A stretch of 63,011 nucleotides of DNA, the filler included, from Octopus bimaculoides (lineage: Eukaryota), in assembly GCF_001194135.2 (NCBI RefSeq). It is 8 parts of 8 records of this genome, joined end to end, with 100 filler letters (N's around TTAATTAATTAA, not from the genome) between each part and the next. Parts side by side here need not be neighbours in the genome. Positions count along the whole stretch, not along the records: positions 1 to 21,991 come from NC_068991.1; 7 more parts are not named here. One strand, given 5' to 3'. Under the pieces are notes generated by a model. It saw nothing but the letters and a program-made list of their open reading frames with translations, was not told where the DNA came from and did no database searches. Positions 1 through 12,166 of this stretch are shown here, piece after piece; position 1 is the stretch's first letter; each line of letters opens with the position of its first letter. The translations under genes and the position numbers were made by a program.

Positions 1-60
<60 letters not shown>

Positions 61-221
61 CGCACAAACATATATATAATGGTATAAACAAAATATTCAG
101 TTATTCAGTCACGCACAATCCCTTCGCTTACGTACGAACGACCACCACTACCACCCCCAATCCCGCACTCATACACGTGCAGACTCAAAGTCACACTATC
201 ACACATACACAAACGCACACA

Positions 222-262
<41 letters not shown>
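1..262. repeat. (CA)n microsatellite tracts
   Basis: Pure CA runs at 1-60 and ~225-262. Confidence 0.95.
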
Positions 263-265
<3 letters not shown>

Positions 266-1149
266 TATACGTACATATTCACACGTGCACATTTACACAC
301 AACCATCAAGCGTACTTACACATCGGTACGCACAAAATACTCACACCACCACCACCACCGCCAGTACTACCACCAAAACAACAACAACCACCACCACACT
401 ATTTCCACAACACAATATCAGGCATGCAAAAGATCATCTCAAGTATAGGAAACCTTTACATTTTCACCGGAAGTACTTGTCTTCCACATTTCTTGTAGAT
501 TTCCGGTAAGGACACATTTCGGGAACAATGGCGTCATTAATATTACCGATAGTGGAGACAATCTCTCCGTCTCCGTCTTTCAGTCTGTTTGTCTGACAAC
601 TAGTCTGCCACTCTACGCCTGTCTGTCCGCCTGTCTGCCTGTCTGCCTGCATGTCTGTCTGTCTGCCAGTCTGTCCATCTGGCTCTCTCTCTCTCTTTTT
701 CTCCCTCTTCTCTTCCCTCTTCTTAAACTCATTCACTCATTCTTTTTACTCTCTCTCTCTCCACCTTTCTCTCTTTCTGTCCTCCTCTTTTTCTCTATCT
801 CTACCTCTTTCTCCACACCCACTCCCTCCCTCCCTCACCCATTCACCTTCTCACTCACTCTCCCTCTCGTTTTCTCTTCTTCTCTTTCTTTCTATGTCAC
901 CTGATTCTTCTCTCGTTTTTTTTCTTCCTGTTATTTTTCAGCAAAACATCAGATCCTTGTCATTATTATATTCTAGTTTTAAATTAGAGAGCAGAACAAA
1001 GTTAAAATATATTATTGCTGCTGCTGTTGTTGTTGTTGTTGTTGTTGCTGCTATTTTTGTAGTTATTGTTTGTTGTTATTATTGTGTTGGTTGTTTTTAT
1101 TGTTGTTGGTGTTACTGGTATGATGAAGTTATTCTATACTAGACCAGAG

Positions 1150-1505
1150 AGCAAAAAATTGACCTGGCGGATTGGTTAAGAGGCCGGGCATACGCTTAAT
1201 GTCATTTCTGCCAACTTTGTATTCAGAGTTCAAATTCCACCGAGGTCGACTCTGCCTTGTCCCACAAAATTTTAAAACCTTGTCCCTGTAGCAGAAAGCT
1301 TCTTCTTCTTTTTCTTTTTCTTTATAAGGTGACGAGCTGGCAGAATCGTAAGCACGTTCTGAGTTCAAATTCCGGGGAGGTCGACTTTGCCTTTCATCCT
1401 TTTGGGGTCGATAAATAAAGTACCAGTTGCGTACCGTGGTCGATGCAATCGACTGGCACCCTCTTCCAAAATTCCAGGTCTTGTACCTATAGTAGAAAGG
1501 AGTAT
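1150..1505 (+). mobile_element. Two tandem tRNA-derived SINE copies (family A)
   Basis: B-box-like GAGTTCAAATTCC followed by the conserved GTCGACTTTGCCTTTCATCC...GGGGTCGATAAAATAAGTACC core that recurs many times in the window. Confidence 0.85.
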
Positions 1506-1669
1506 TATTATTTTTAGCAATGCACCCGGCGTTGCCAAGGTATTATGACCTACAGCCATATTGTATTATTTGTTCCTTTTTTATGGGCACGCGACGAGTA
1601 TGAAGAAAACGACTCTTCTTTATAAACATGTCTTTCGACCATTTTCTGATGGACAATGATGCAGTCTCT

Positions 1670-1812
1670 GTCTACCAAATTCAGTCACAAGTCTGTGGTT
1701 GGCCACGGGCTATAGTAGAAAACACCTGCCCAAGGTACCACGCAAAGGGACTGGACGTGGAACCCTGTGGGTGGGAAGCAAACTTCTCAACCACATAGTC
1801 ATTCTTGCACCT
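1670..1812 (-). mobile_element. SINE family B (CORE-like) head fragment
   Basis: Reverse complement contains CCTTGGGCAGGTGT..CTACTATAGCC and matches the full copy at 21074-21523. Confidence 0.8.
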
Positions 1813-2439
1813 AATATGTATGTATGTGTGCTTATATTCGTTGTTAAATGGATATTCTGTCCCACTATGTCTCAAAGACATAGACCTTTCACGCATAGAA
1901 TAATAGATATTAGCAGCAGACGAGAAATGGCTAGTACCGGGAGTGGCACTGCTGTGTCACCTGATTTCGGCGTGTTTTACGCCTCGTCAACAGCAGACAT
2001 CCATTAACTGCATTCTGGTCAAGCCTTCTTTCCACCGATATACAGAGAGACAGTGACTACTTAGTCAACGCTGTCCTTATCAGCCGGTAGTACTGCAGGC
2101 CTGGTCGTATTATTTACTGCGTACCAGTCTGTGTTGCTTAACGTGAATGGATTGTAAGAGCGCCCTGATACCCTAGTAGTTCTACCTCTCATCTCTCGCA
2201 ACAACGTCCAACCCCTTGGACGCAGCTAGAAGAAATGAGGGCTTGTAATATAAGTGCGTTGGTGTACCTGATATTGGCATCTTTCTGTTCATCTTGTAAT
2301 TGCTTAGACCCTAACCCTAACCCTGCTTGAGCTGATCCGTGATCAAAGGTGCTCTGCCTGTTGCCAAGTAGTCCATCAACCAATGTTCTATTTTTTTTTT
2401 ATTTATTTCAGACAGTGAAAAAGACAGGCGCCAAGCTGC

Positions 2440-2645
2440 ATGAGTCACTGACACGCCAGGCAAAAATACTGAGCTGCAATTTGTCCGTCTTCACACTCTG
2501 AGTTCAAATTACGCCGAGGTTGACTTTGTCTTTCATTCTACCCGGGTCGATAAAATAAGTATCACCAATCGAGCACTGGGGTCGATTTAATTGATTTATC
2601 CCCTTCCCCCGAAGTTGCTGGCCTTGTGCCAAAATATGAAGCTGT
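2440..2645 (+). mobile_element. SINE family A
   Basis: CTGAGTTCAAATT..GAGGTTGACTTTG..GGGTCGATAAAATAAGT core. Confidence 0.8.
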
Positions 2646-3519
2646 TATTCAATAATGTGCCAGACTATTTGAGACTATAACGAGAAAGAGAGAAAGAGAG
2701 AGAGTGAGAGAGAGAGATTGGACTGCTATTTCTAGCAGATCAATGCACAGCGTAGCAGCTCCCCTGTCCGCTTATTGTTGTTGTTGTTGTTATTGTTATT
2801 ATCGTTATTGTTTTTATTTTCATTTTTCATGTTTTCGATGTAATTATTGAGCTTGTTCTGACATAGCCGCTTCCTGATGTATTAATACTTTCGCTACTGT
2901 CATTGATGTTGTTGTTGTTGTTGCTACTACCGTTGTTGATGTCAATATTCTTCAAACAAAATGTCACCAAATTATCGATTACATGCACAGATGCACCTAG
3001 CAGATATTCCTCAAACTACAACCGTTGCTACAACTACTACAGCTACTGCCGTATCTGTTGCTATGGCTACCCGGAACACCAACACCTCATTGCTGGCATC
3101 CACCCCTTATACCCGGTTTGTAGACAATTGCTTCAAACGAACCCACAAGAGACAGCTAATCACATTTTCATATTTCATATCCTTACGTACATAACCACAT
3201 ACATTTACAAACACGTGAGTATATATATGTATATATATGTGTAAAGTCACAAAATACGCATCCAAATTGACACGAACGCGAACGTACATACATATGCACC
3301 CGTATACGCGCGCACATGAGCTCTGTTATATCGTCAGTGATAAAGGGGCGGGGGAAATGGGTACGCAGGTGTACGGTATGTCCCTATGTTTCTAGCCGTT
3401 TGGAAGTCTTACAGCATCTAAATCCCATTTCTTTTATTTACCAGTATACCCATCACGAGCATTGAACGTAATGCCAAGTACCAAATCCATTCAGATTCCG
3501 ATATGTTTCTCTGTGCGTG

Positions 3520-3584
3520 TGTATGTATGTATGTATGTATGTATGTATGTATGTATGTATGTATGTATGTATGTATTTAAATAT

Positions 3585-3618
<34 letters not shown>

Positions 3619-4680
3619 TTTATTACAATAAAGAAGTATGTAATGATCATTATTGACGCCTTATATAGATATAGCTGTGCGTGTGTGCGTGCATGTATGT
3701 ATATATGTATGTACGTATGCATATATGCATATATGTATGTGTGCCTGTACGTACGTACGTACGTACGTATGTATGTATGTATGTATGTATGCATGCATGC
3801 GTGTATGTATGTATGTATGTACGTATGCATGTATGTATGCATGTATGTATGTATGTATGTATGTATGTATGCATGTATGTATGTATGCATGTATGCATGT
3901 ATGTNNNNNNNNNNNNNNNNNNNNNNNNNNNNNNNNNNNNNNNNNNNNNNNNNNNNNNNNNNNNNNNNNNNNNNNNNNNNNNNNNNNNNNNNNNNNNNNN
4001 NNNNNNNNNNNNNNNNNNNNNNNNNNNNNNNNNNNNNNNNNNNNNNNNNNNNNNNNNNNNNNNNNNNNNNNNNNNNNNNNNNNNNNNNNNNNNNNNNNNN
4101 NNNNNNNNNNNNNNNNNNNNNNNNNNNNNNNNNNNNNNNNNNNNNNNNNNNNNNNNNNNNNNNNNNNNNNNNNNNNNNNNNNNNNNNNNNNNNNNNNNNN
4201 NNNNNNNNNNNNNNNNNNNNNNNNNNNNNNNNNNNNNNNNNNNNNNNNNNNNNNNNNNNNNNNNNNNNNNNNNNNNNNNNNNNNNNNNNNNNNNNNNNNN
4301 NNNNNNNNNNGTATGCATGTATGTATGTAAGCATGTATGTATGTATGCATGTATGTATGTATGTATGTACGTATGCATGTATGTATGCATGTATGTATGT
4401 ATGTATGTATGTATGCATGTATGCATGTATGTATGTATGTATGTATGCATGTATGCATGTATGTATGTATGTACGTATGCATGTATGTATGCATGTATGT
4501 ATGTATGTATGTATGCATGTATATATGCATGCATGCATGTATGTATGCAAGTACGTATGTATGCATGTATGTATGTATGTATGCATGTATGTATGTAAGC
4601 ATGTATGTATGTATGCATGTATGTATGTATGTATGCATGCATGTATGTATGTATGCATGTGTGTATGTATGCATGTATGT
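3520..4680. repeat. (GTAT/GCAT)n tetranucleotide microsatellite spanning an N gap
   Basis: Directly visible; gap at 3905-4310; explains the MYVC/HTYI ORFs. Confidence 0.95.
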
Positions 4681-5910
4681 ATATCAAATACAATACAACA
4701 GGGATTCTTGAATCATTAGAATTATGTCCGTTTCTAGAGGAAACTGTGACAATTACCAAACAGGAATTGAAACAGCCTCCGTATATGAAGGGGAGATAAT
4801 CTGGAAAAAAATCAACAGTTCTGCTAAGTTTGACATGCCGTGCAAATAAACAAAGTGAGTAGATTGATAGGTGAAAAGAAAACACTGCTCTTCTCTTACA
4901 CCTCCATCGTGAAATGCACCATCAACCCACCACCACNNNNNNNNNNNNNNNNNNNNNNNNNNNNNNNNNNNNNNNNNNNNNNNNNNNNNNNNNNNNNNNN
5001 NNNNNNNNNNNNNNNNNNNNNNNNNNNNNNNNNNNNNNNNNNNNNNNNNNNNNNNNNNNNNNNNNNNNNNNNNNNNNNNNNNNNNNNNNNNNNNNNNNNN
5101 NNNNNNNNNNNNNNNNNNNNNNNNNNNNNNNNNNNNNNNNNNNNNNNNNNNNNNNNNNNNNNNNNNNNNNNNNNNNNNNNNNNNNNNNNNNNNNNNNNNN
5201 NNNNNNNNNNNNNNNNNNNNNNNNNNNNNNNNNNNNNNNNNNNNNNNNNNNNNNNNNNNNNNNNNNNNNNNNNNNNNNNNNNNNNNNNNNNNNNNNNNNN
5301 NNNNNNNNNNNNNNNNNNNNNNNNNNNNNNNNNNNNNNNNNNNNNNNNNNNNNNNNNNNNNNNNNNNNNNNNNNNNNNNNNNNNNNNNNNNNNNNNNNNN
5401 NNNNNNNNNNNNNNNNNNNNNNNNNNNNNNNNNNNNNNNNNNNNNNNNNNNNNNNNNNNNNNNNNNNNNNNNNNNNNNNNNNNNNNNNNNNNNNNNNNNN
5501 NNNNNNNNNNNNNNNNNNNNNNNNNNNNNNNNNNNNNNNNNNNNNNNNNNNNNNNNNNNNNNNNNNNNNNNNNNNNNNNNNNNNNNNNNNNNNNNNNNNN
5601 NNNNNNNNNNNNNNNNNNNNNNNNNNNNNNNNNNNNNNNNNNNNNNNNNNNNNNNNNNNNNNNNNNNNNNNNNNNNNNNNNNNNNNNNNNNNNNNNNNNN
5701 NNNNNNNNNNNNNNNNNNNNNNNNNNNNNNNNNNNNNNNNNNNNNNNNNNNNNNNNNNNNNNNNNNNNNNNNNNNNNNNNNNNNNNNNNNNNNNNNNNNN
5801 NNNNNNNNNNNNNNNNNNNNNNNNNNNNNNNNNNNNNNNNNNNNNNNNNNNNNNNNNNNNNNNNNNNNNNNNNNNNNNNNNNNNNNNNNNNNNNNNNNNN
5901 CACCACCACC

Positions 5911-5959
<49 letters not shown>

Positions 5960-6479
5960 GTAACGACATCTATAACAGCAACAACTCCATAAATTGAGGC
6001 ACCGGTCGTTGACTTTCTTGTACAGTTCGAGTGGATCATTTCAATTATTATGATTTCAAGTTGAACAGATAATTTAAGACGAAAACAAACGAAAAATAAA
6101 CAATTCTTATACGCGAATACATTGAATTAAATATGGCTGTTGTACAACAGGCATCGGCATAAAAGCTTTGTACGATTCAACAACGTGTATATGCGTACAT
6201 ATACACGTACACATATACACATATACACATATATACACGCACACACACACTGTAGTATATTCTCAAGTCGCTGTTGAAATTGCATCTCGATGTAAATATC
6301 AGTTTAGCAGTTTATCTAATGTGGAAGAGAGGGAACAATATTCAAAATGGCGCGTATATTTAGTAAAATATTCTGTTCTGTTCTATAAACATGTAAAAGA
6401 CAGAGACGTAGCTATGGAGGAAATAGACAGGGAGACGAATAATACTAAACCTAAATACGAGTGCCATTAGTTTATTTTA

Positions 6480-6740
6480 TTAGCTGGAAGACACCTCTTG
6501 GCAGGCCTTGAACCAGATGACTCGACGACTCGACGTGATTGGAGAAGATCTACTGAGAACTGATGTGATTGGGGAATATCTCCAGAAATTCGACGTCACC
6601 TCGGAGGGGCTGACATGGGACTGCAAGCAATGGAAAGCATTGGTGGACCTGGTCGGTTCTACGCATGATGATGTCTTTCGGACCACAAAACTGGGAAGAG
6701 CCCAACTCCATCAGGCAAAAGCATGAAGCAAGCAAGCAGG
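6480..6740 (+). mobile_element. Decayed RTE-type LINE 3' end
   Basis: TRRLDVIGEDL...KQWKALV resembles the RTE C-terminal RWxDxIxxDL...RxxWRxxV motif; short GCAA repeats form the tail. Confidence 0.45.
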
Positions 6741-6796
6741 ATATGCAATATGTCTATGTAAGGATCTTTTCCTGGACGAGTACGGCAGCCTATGTA

Positions 6797-6836
6797 TTCG
6801 AGGGGTGCTGAAAGGAACTTTTCAGCACCTCCTCAT
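6797..6836. mobile_element. Minimal mariner-derived MITE (fused TIRs)
   Basis: GAGGGGTGCTGAAA...TTTCAGCACCTCCTC near-perfect palindrome with the same TIR as 45681-45904. Confidence 0.7.
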
Positions 6837-7083
6837 AGAGATAAATATTCTAATCTGGAGCTGTTTCTATTGCATAGTTTCAACTTTCTCAGTCAGGCGG
6901 CATATTCGCAGGTCGGCGGGATTGTTTATTTGCAGATTCTATATACTAAAGACAGGCCGGGACGATTTGGTGCAACTTCATTCACATCTGACATCACTCT
7001 ATTTCTCGCTTCCGGGACGATTTCGTTTCGCCTAGATCTGAAGTATATTATGTTCGTAACAATATACGTCTTTGAAGGATCAC

Positions 7084-7795
7084 ATATGGGGAGCCCTATG
7101 GCACACTTACGAGGGTGGCACATANNNNNNNNNNNNNNNNNNNNNNNNNNNNNNNNNNNNNNNNNNNNNNNNNNNNNNNNNNNNNNNNNNNNNNNNNNNN
7201 NNNNNNNNNNNNNNNNNNNNNNNNNNNNNNNNNNNNNNNNNNNNNNNNNNNNNNNNNNNNNNNNNNNNNNNNNNNNNNNNNNNNNNNNNNNNNNNNNNNN
7301 NNNNNNNNNNNNNNNNNNNNNNNNNNNNNNNNNNNNNNNNNNNNNNNNNNNNNNNNNNNNNNNNNNNNNNNNNNNNNNNNNNNNNNNNNNNNNNNNNNNN
7401 NNNNNNNNNNNNNNNNNNNNNNNNNNNNNNNNNNCTGAAGTATATTATGTTCGTAACAATATACGTCTTTGAAGGATCACATATGGGGAGCCCTATGGCA
7501 CACTTACGAGGGTGGCACATAATTGGCGGCACATCATTGGCGGCACATGAGGAGCCCTATGGCACACATACGAGGGAGGCACATCCTAGGTGGCACATCC
7601 TGGGCGGCACATATAGGGAGCCGTATGGGACACTTAGGAAGGTGGCACATCGTTGGCGACACATATGCGGAGCCCTATGGCACACCCTTGGCCCCTGATC
7701 TTTACCAGTAGCTAGCTACTGACCCTTGACCCTTGGCGGCACATATGGGGAGCCCTATGGCACACTTACGAGGGTGGCACATCCATGGCGGCACG
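7084..7795 (+). repeat. GC-rich hierarchical minisatellite
   Basis: GGAGCCCTATGGCACAC at ~7090, 7487, 7551, 7617, 7669 and 7749, interspersed with 14-bp nnTTGGCGGCACAT subunits. Confidence 0.9.
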
Positions 7796-7807
7796 GACTC
7801 CCATGCT

Positions 7808-7891
7808 TTCCCTGATGAGAAGGTTACAATTTTAATATCAAAGATCCCTATGGATCACACAGGTTGTAATCCTTTGAAACATATGTAGGAA
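7808..7891 (+). ncRNA. Type I hammerhead ribozyme (Penelope/retrozyme-like, long stem II)
   Basis: Stem I TTCC/GGAA; CTGATGA at 7812-7818; stem II 7819-7875; GAAA at 7876-7879; stem III C-ATAT-G; GUA cleavage triplet ending at 7887; AATAAA follows. Confidence 0.8.
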
Positions 7892-8310
7892 TAAAGTATG
7901 CAATTATAACATGCGTTTTCTCCAATCCTGTGTGTATGTATGAATGAATGTTTGCAATTTTATATACATACACACAGAAACGCATGCACGCACACACACA
8001 CACACAGAGTCACAGTCCACACTCTGACACACGCATTTCTAAAAGGAAAGAAATCGCAAATTTACAACGTTAAAGCCTATTGGATATATACGACGTATGG
8101 AAAAGAAATCANNNNNNNNNNNNNNNNNNNNNNNNNNNNNNNNNNNNNNNNNNNNNNNNNNNNNNNNNNNNNNNNNNNNNNNNNNNNNNNNNNNNNNNNN
8201 NNNNNNNNNNNNNNNNNNNNNNNNNNNNNNNNNNNNNNNNNNNNNNNNNNNNNNNNNNNNNNNNNNNNNNNNNNNNNNNNNNNNNNNNNNNNNNNNNNNN
8301 NNNNNNNNNN

Positions 8311-8600
8311 TGATTATGACAAGGATCATGATGATGATGATGATGATGACGACGACGATGTTGATGATGATGATGATGGTGAAAATGATGGCGATGATGA
8401 CGATGGTGATGATGATGATGAGGATGATGAGGATGATGATGCTTATGATGATGATGATGAGGATTATGACGATGATGATGGACGACGGTTATGATGATGA
8501 TGACGACGATGATGATGATGATGATGATGATGACGATGATGATGATGATGGTGATGGTGGTGGATGACGACGACGACGACAACAACAACAACAACAATAT
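8311..8600. repeat. (GAT)n/(GAC)n/(AAC)n microsatellite
   Basis: Directly visible. Confidence 0.95.
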
Positions 8601-8704
8601 TAATGACAACGGGGAAATAAATAAAAAGATGAAAATTTTTTTTAAATGGCTTCTTTAGTTTTGTAAGAGAGAACGCCATGTTTAGTGCAAGCGGCTGATT
8701 ATCT

Positions 8705-8830
8705 GTATGTGTGTGTGTGTGTGTATGTGTGTGTTTGTGTGTGAGTGAGTTTGCGTGTGTGTGTGTATCTGTGTGTGTGTGTGTATCTGTGTGTGTGTGT
8801 GTGTGTGTGTATTTGTGTGTGTGTGTATGT
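8705..8830. repeat. (GT)n microsatellite
   Basis: Directly visible. Confidence 0.95.
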
Positions 8831-10029
8831 GCTTGTTTGTTTGTTCCTGTGCGTGTTGGAATACGTGTGTTTCTACCTGTTTGTGCCTGTGCGGTGGTCG
8901 GGTCGTTTTTACTGACGTAGCTTTTCATCTAAAAATCTTTGAGAAGCTGTCACTTGCAGGCTGCCATCTTTTGTCTAGAATGGTCAATACCAGAGGCTAA
9001 CATGTCAGATGTCATGTCGACGAGGTTCTTTAAACAATGTACCTTTTTCCTTCTTTATAACATTAACTAAGAAATAAAGCCGAGCTAAAGATACACGCAC
9101 AATTCTTTATAGATGCAGTTATTTCATTCTGAATTTTATTATTATTATTATTATTATCATTATTATTATTATTATTATTATGATTGTTATTATTATTTTG
9201 ACAAGGAGTGTGTGTCAATGCATGTATGTGCTTGTATGGTTAAAGATGTTGGCGGTTGTTTTATTACGAAGATATGTATGCGAAGGTTTATGTAACATAG
9301 AATATAGAATTCTTAATAGAATATCTGTTTAGTTTCGATTCAGTATGCTTATGTATATATATATATATATANNNNNNNNNNNNNNNNNNNNNNNNNNNNN
9401 NNNNNNNNNNNNNNNNNNNNNNNNNNNNNNNNNNNNNNNNNNNNNNNNNNNNNNNNNNNNNNNNNNNNNNNNNNNNNNNNNNNNNNNNNNNNNNNNNNNN
9501 NNNNNNNNNNNNNNNNNNNNNNNNNNNNNNNNNNNNNNNNNNNNNNNNNNNNNNNNNNNNNNNNNNNNNNNNNNNNNNNNNNNNNNNNNNNNNNNNNNNN
9601 NNNNNNNNNNNNNNNNNNNNNNNNNNNNNNNNNNNNNNNNNNNNNNNNNNNNNNNNNNNNNNNNNNNNNNNNNNNNNNNNNNNNNNNNNNNNNNNNNNNN
9701 NNNNNNNNNNNNNNNNNNNNNNNNNNNNNNNNNNNNNNNNNNNNNNNNNNNNNNNNNNNNNNNNNNNNNNNNNNNNNNNNNNNNNNNNNNNNNNNNNNNN
9801 NNNNNNNNNNNNNNNNNNNNNNNNNNNNNNNNNNNNNNNNNNNNNNNNNNNNNNNNNNNNNNNNNNNNNNNNNNNNNNNNNNNNNNNNNNNNNNNNNNNN
9901 NNNNNNNNNNNNNNNNNNNNNNNNNNNNNNNNNNNNNNNNNNNNNNNNNNNNNNNNNNNNNNNNNNNNNNNNNNNNNNNNNNNNNNNNNNNNNNNNNNNN
10001 NNNNNNNATATATATATATATATATATAT

Positions 10030-10190
10030 ATACGACGGATTTCTTCCAGTTCCCGTCTAACAAATCTACTCACAAGACTTTGGTTGGCCCGAGGCTAGAG
10101 TAGAAGATACTTGGTCATGGTGCCACGCATGGGGACTGAACCCGGAACCATGTGGTTGGTAAGCAAGCTTATTACTACATATATAGTTTT
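10030..10190 (-). mobile_element. SINE family B head
   Basis: Matches the family B consensus; abuts (TA)n and a gap. Confidence 0.85.
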
Positions 10191-10309
10191 ACGTTGGTTT
10201 TTTTCAGTGAAGTAATTTATATCACATACACACACACACACGCACACACGCGTATACGCACACACACGTATACGCACACACACGTATACGCACACACACG
10301 TATACGCAC

Positions 10310-10650
10310 ACTTCATTTTTTTCTTGTTTTAGTCATTAGCGTGCGGTCATGCTGGGGCACCGCCGTGAACGACTTAATCGAAATCATATCTGATCGTTTT
10401 GGCAAACCGGCATGTTACAGGGACGTAAGCAAGCCAACAGCGGACGTAAGCAAGAACACAGACACACAAACATGAACATACATACACAACAGGATTCTGC
10501 ACGGTTTCCGTCAACCAAAGTCACTCACAAGGCATTGGTCAGCTCAACTTTATTGCAGTAATACTTGCCTAATGTATCAAACAGTGGGACTGAACCCACA
10601 ACCATCTGCTCACAAAGCGACCGTCTTAACCGCGCAGCGATGACTGCTCC
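10310..10650 (-). mobile_element. Diverged near-full SINE family B
   Basis: Both tail and head are recognisable. Confidence 0.7.
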
Positions 10651-10989
10651 CATAACATACAAATACACACGGTGAGGCTTGTCTAGTTTCATATTCATTG
10701 ATGGGAGAAAGACAAAAGATAATTTCATTGCTACATCATTAATTATTTCAGTGGATTAATGATCTTAGTCGGTTTTGATTGTTGATTACAAATCATGTTG
10801 AAAGATGGATGTTTATGCAAAACCAATCTACCTCGTAAATGCTAATATTTTGCAATCCTTTGGAGCAGTGTCGCTCATAGGGGATCGCCAGTGAGAATTG
10901 AAAAGTGAGAGCTTAAGTCGCCATATTTAGTAAACATTGTTCAGTACGTATCATCCATGTCTGGGTAGTGGTGGTGGTGGTGGTGGAGA

Positions 10990-11350
10990 AAGGTGTCGGG
11001 AAATATTCCATTGAATATCTGGCCTACGGTTTTATTCCATCACAGGGAATATTACGTATTCAATGTACCGTATGTGTATTGACGACAGTGTCAAATGACC
11101 TCATGCATCAATGTAAATCATGCTCACCTTTTAGAAACGAATCCCAAAGCAAGCAAAGACAGATCATTGAAGTGAATTCCGAACGAGGCAAACATTCAAC
11201 CAAATATTTAGTAATGCAACATCTGAAGTAGAAAATAGTTTACTTGCTTCCTATTATATATCCAAGACTATAGCAAAAATTGCCCAACCACATAATATAA
11301 TAATGGAAACACTTTAATTTTACCCGCGGTGTCTGTTGTGATTTTGATTG
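10990..11350 (+). mobile_element. hAT (Buster/Charlie-like) transposase remnant, N-terminal part
   Basis: KYSIEYLAYGFIPS...QCTVC, then in another frame LLASYYISKTIAKIAQPHNIIMETL-ILPAV, resembling the ZBED5/Buster ASYxxSxxIAKxxKPHTIxExLIxPA motif; frameshifted. Confidence 0.75.
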
Positions 11351-11372
11351 TCGTAAATCTGAGTGCACGCTG

Positions 11373-11612
11373 TATTGCGTCGAATCAAAAGTGTTGTAAT
11401 ATGTTGGTGACTTATTTGCTTTATTCGTCAAATTACAACAAAAGCAGCCGTGCATTCAAAATAGAGGCCATCATGTTGCACCGTCTGAAGCTACCTTTCT
11501 GCTTGTTCTTTGATCCCACGCTGATACCAGTTCTTCTTGTCCTTTGAGGCTATGAACTCCTTCGCTGAAACTCCTTCTACCTCTTCTTGGTTGATGAAGC
11601 ATCGCGAGCGCA
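11373..11612 (-). mobile_element. Mariner transposon 3' end (C-terminus plus TIR)
   Basis: EEVEGVSAKEFIASKDKKNWYQRGIKEQAER*LQTVQHDGLYFE; TIR-like TATTGCGTCGAATCAAAAGT at 11373. Confidence 0.8.
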
Positions 11613-11830
11613 GGAAGTGAGCCGTGGATCGGGCGAAATGCTTAGCGGTATTTCGTCTGCCATTACGTTCTGAGTTCAAATTCCGCCGAGGTCGACTTTG
11701 CCTTTCATCCTTTCGGGGGTCGATTAAATAAGTATTAGTTACGCACTGGGGTCGATATAATTGACTTAATCCGTTTGTCTGTCTTTGTTTGTCCCCCTCT
11801 ATGTTTAGCCCCTTGTGGGCAATAAAGAAA
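11612..11830 (+). mobile_element. SINE family A, long-tail subfamily
   Basis: Core plus the tail TTTGTCTGTCTTTGTTTGTCCCC..GCCCCTTGTGGGCAATAAAG, nearly identical to 32933-33163. Confidence 0.9.
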
Positions 11831-11869
11831 CTAAAAACGAAACATATATATCGAATTCAAGTTTTGTCA

Positions 11870-12045
11870 CAAGGCCAGCAATTTCAACGGAAGGGATTGT
11901 CGAATGCATCAATCTCAGTGCTCAACTGGTATTTATTTTCTCGACGACAAAATGATAAAAGGCGAACTCCACCTCGGCGGAATTTGAACTAAGAAAGTAA
12001 AGACGGACGAAATGCCGCTAACGGTTCTGCCAAATTGCCGTCTTC
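11870..12045 (-). mobile_element. SINE family A
   Basis: Reverse-complement core (GAATTTGAACT, CTGGTATTTATTTT). Confidence 0.75.
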
Positions 12046-12166
12046 AGAGAGGTCCTCTATCAAACTCCGAATATGCTGCACTTGCTAATCAAAGCTGTAG
12101 CAGTTACCTTTGCGAGAAGGAAGATTACACTTCTTTCCTTATAAATTCTAATATTTCGTCATTTTA

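Noticed and set aside
2311-2326. Telomere
   Set aside because: Only ~2.5 CCCTAA units, interstitial
7000-7035. Minus-strand GAAACGAAATCGTC resembling a hammerhead stem III
   Set aside because: No CUGANGA in a compatible position
7084-7795. CRISPR-like array
   Set aside because: No unique spacers, the units are internally repetitive, and the context is eukaryotic with no cas genes
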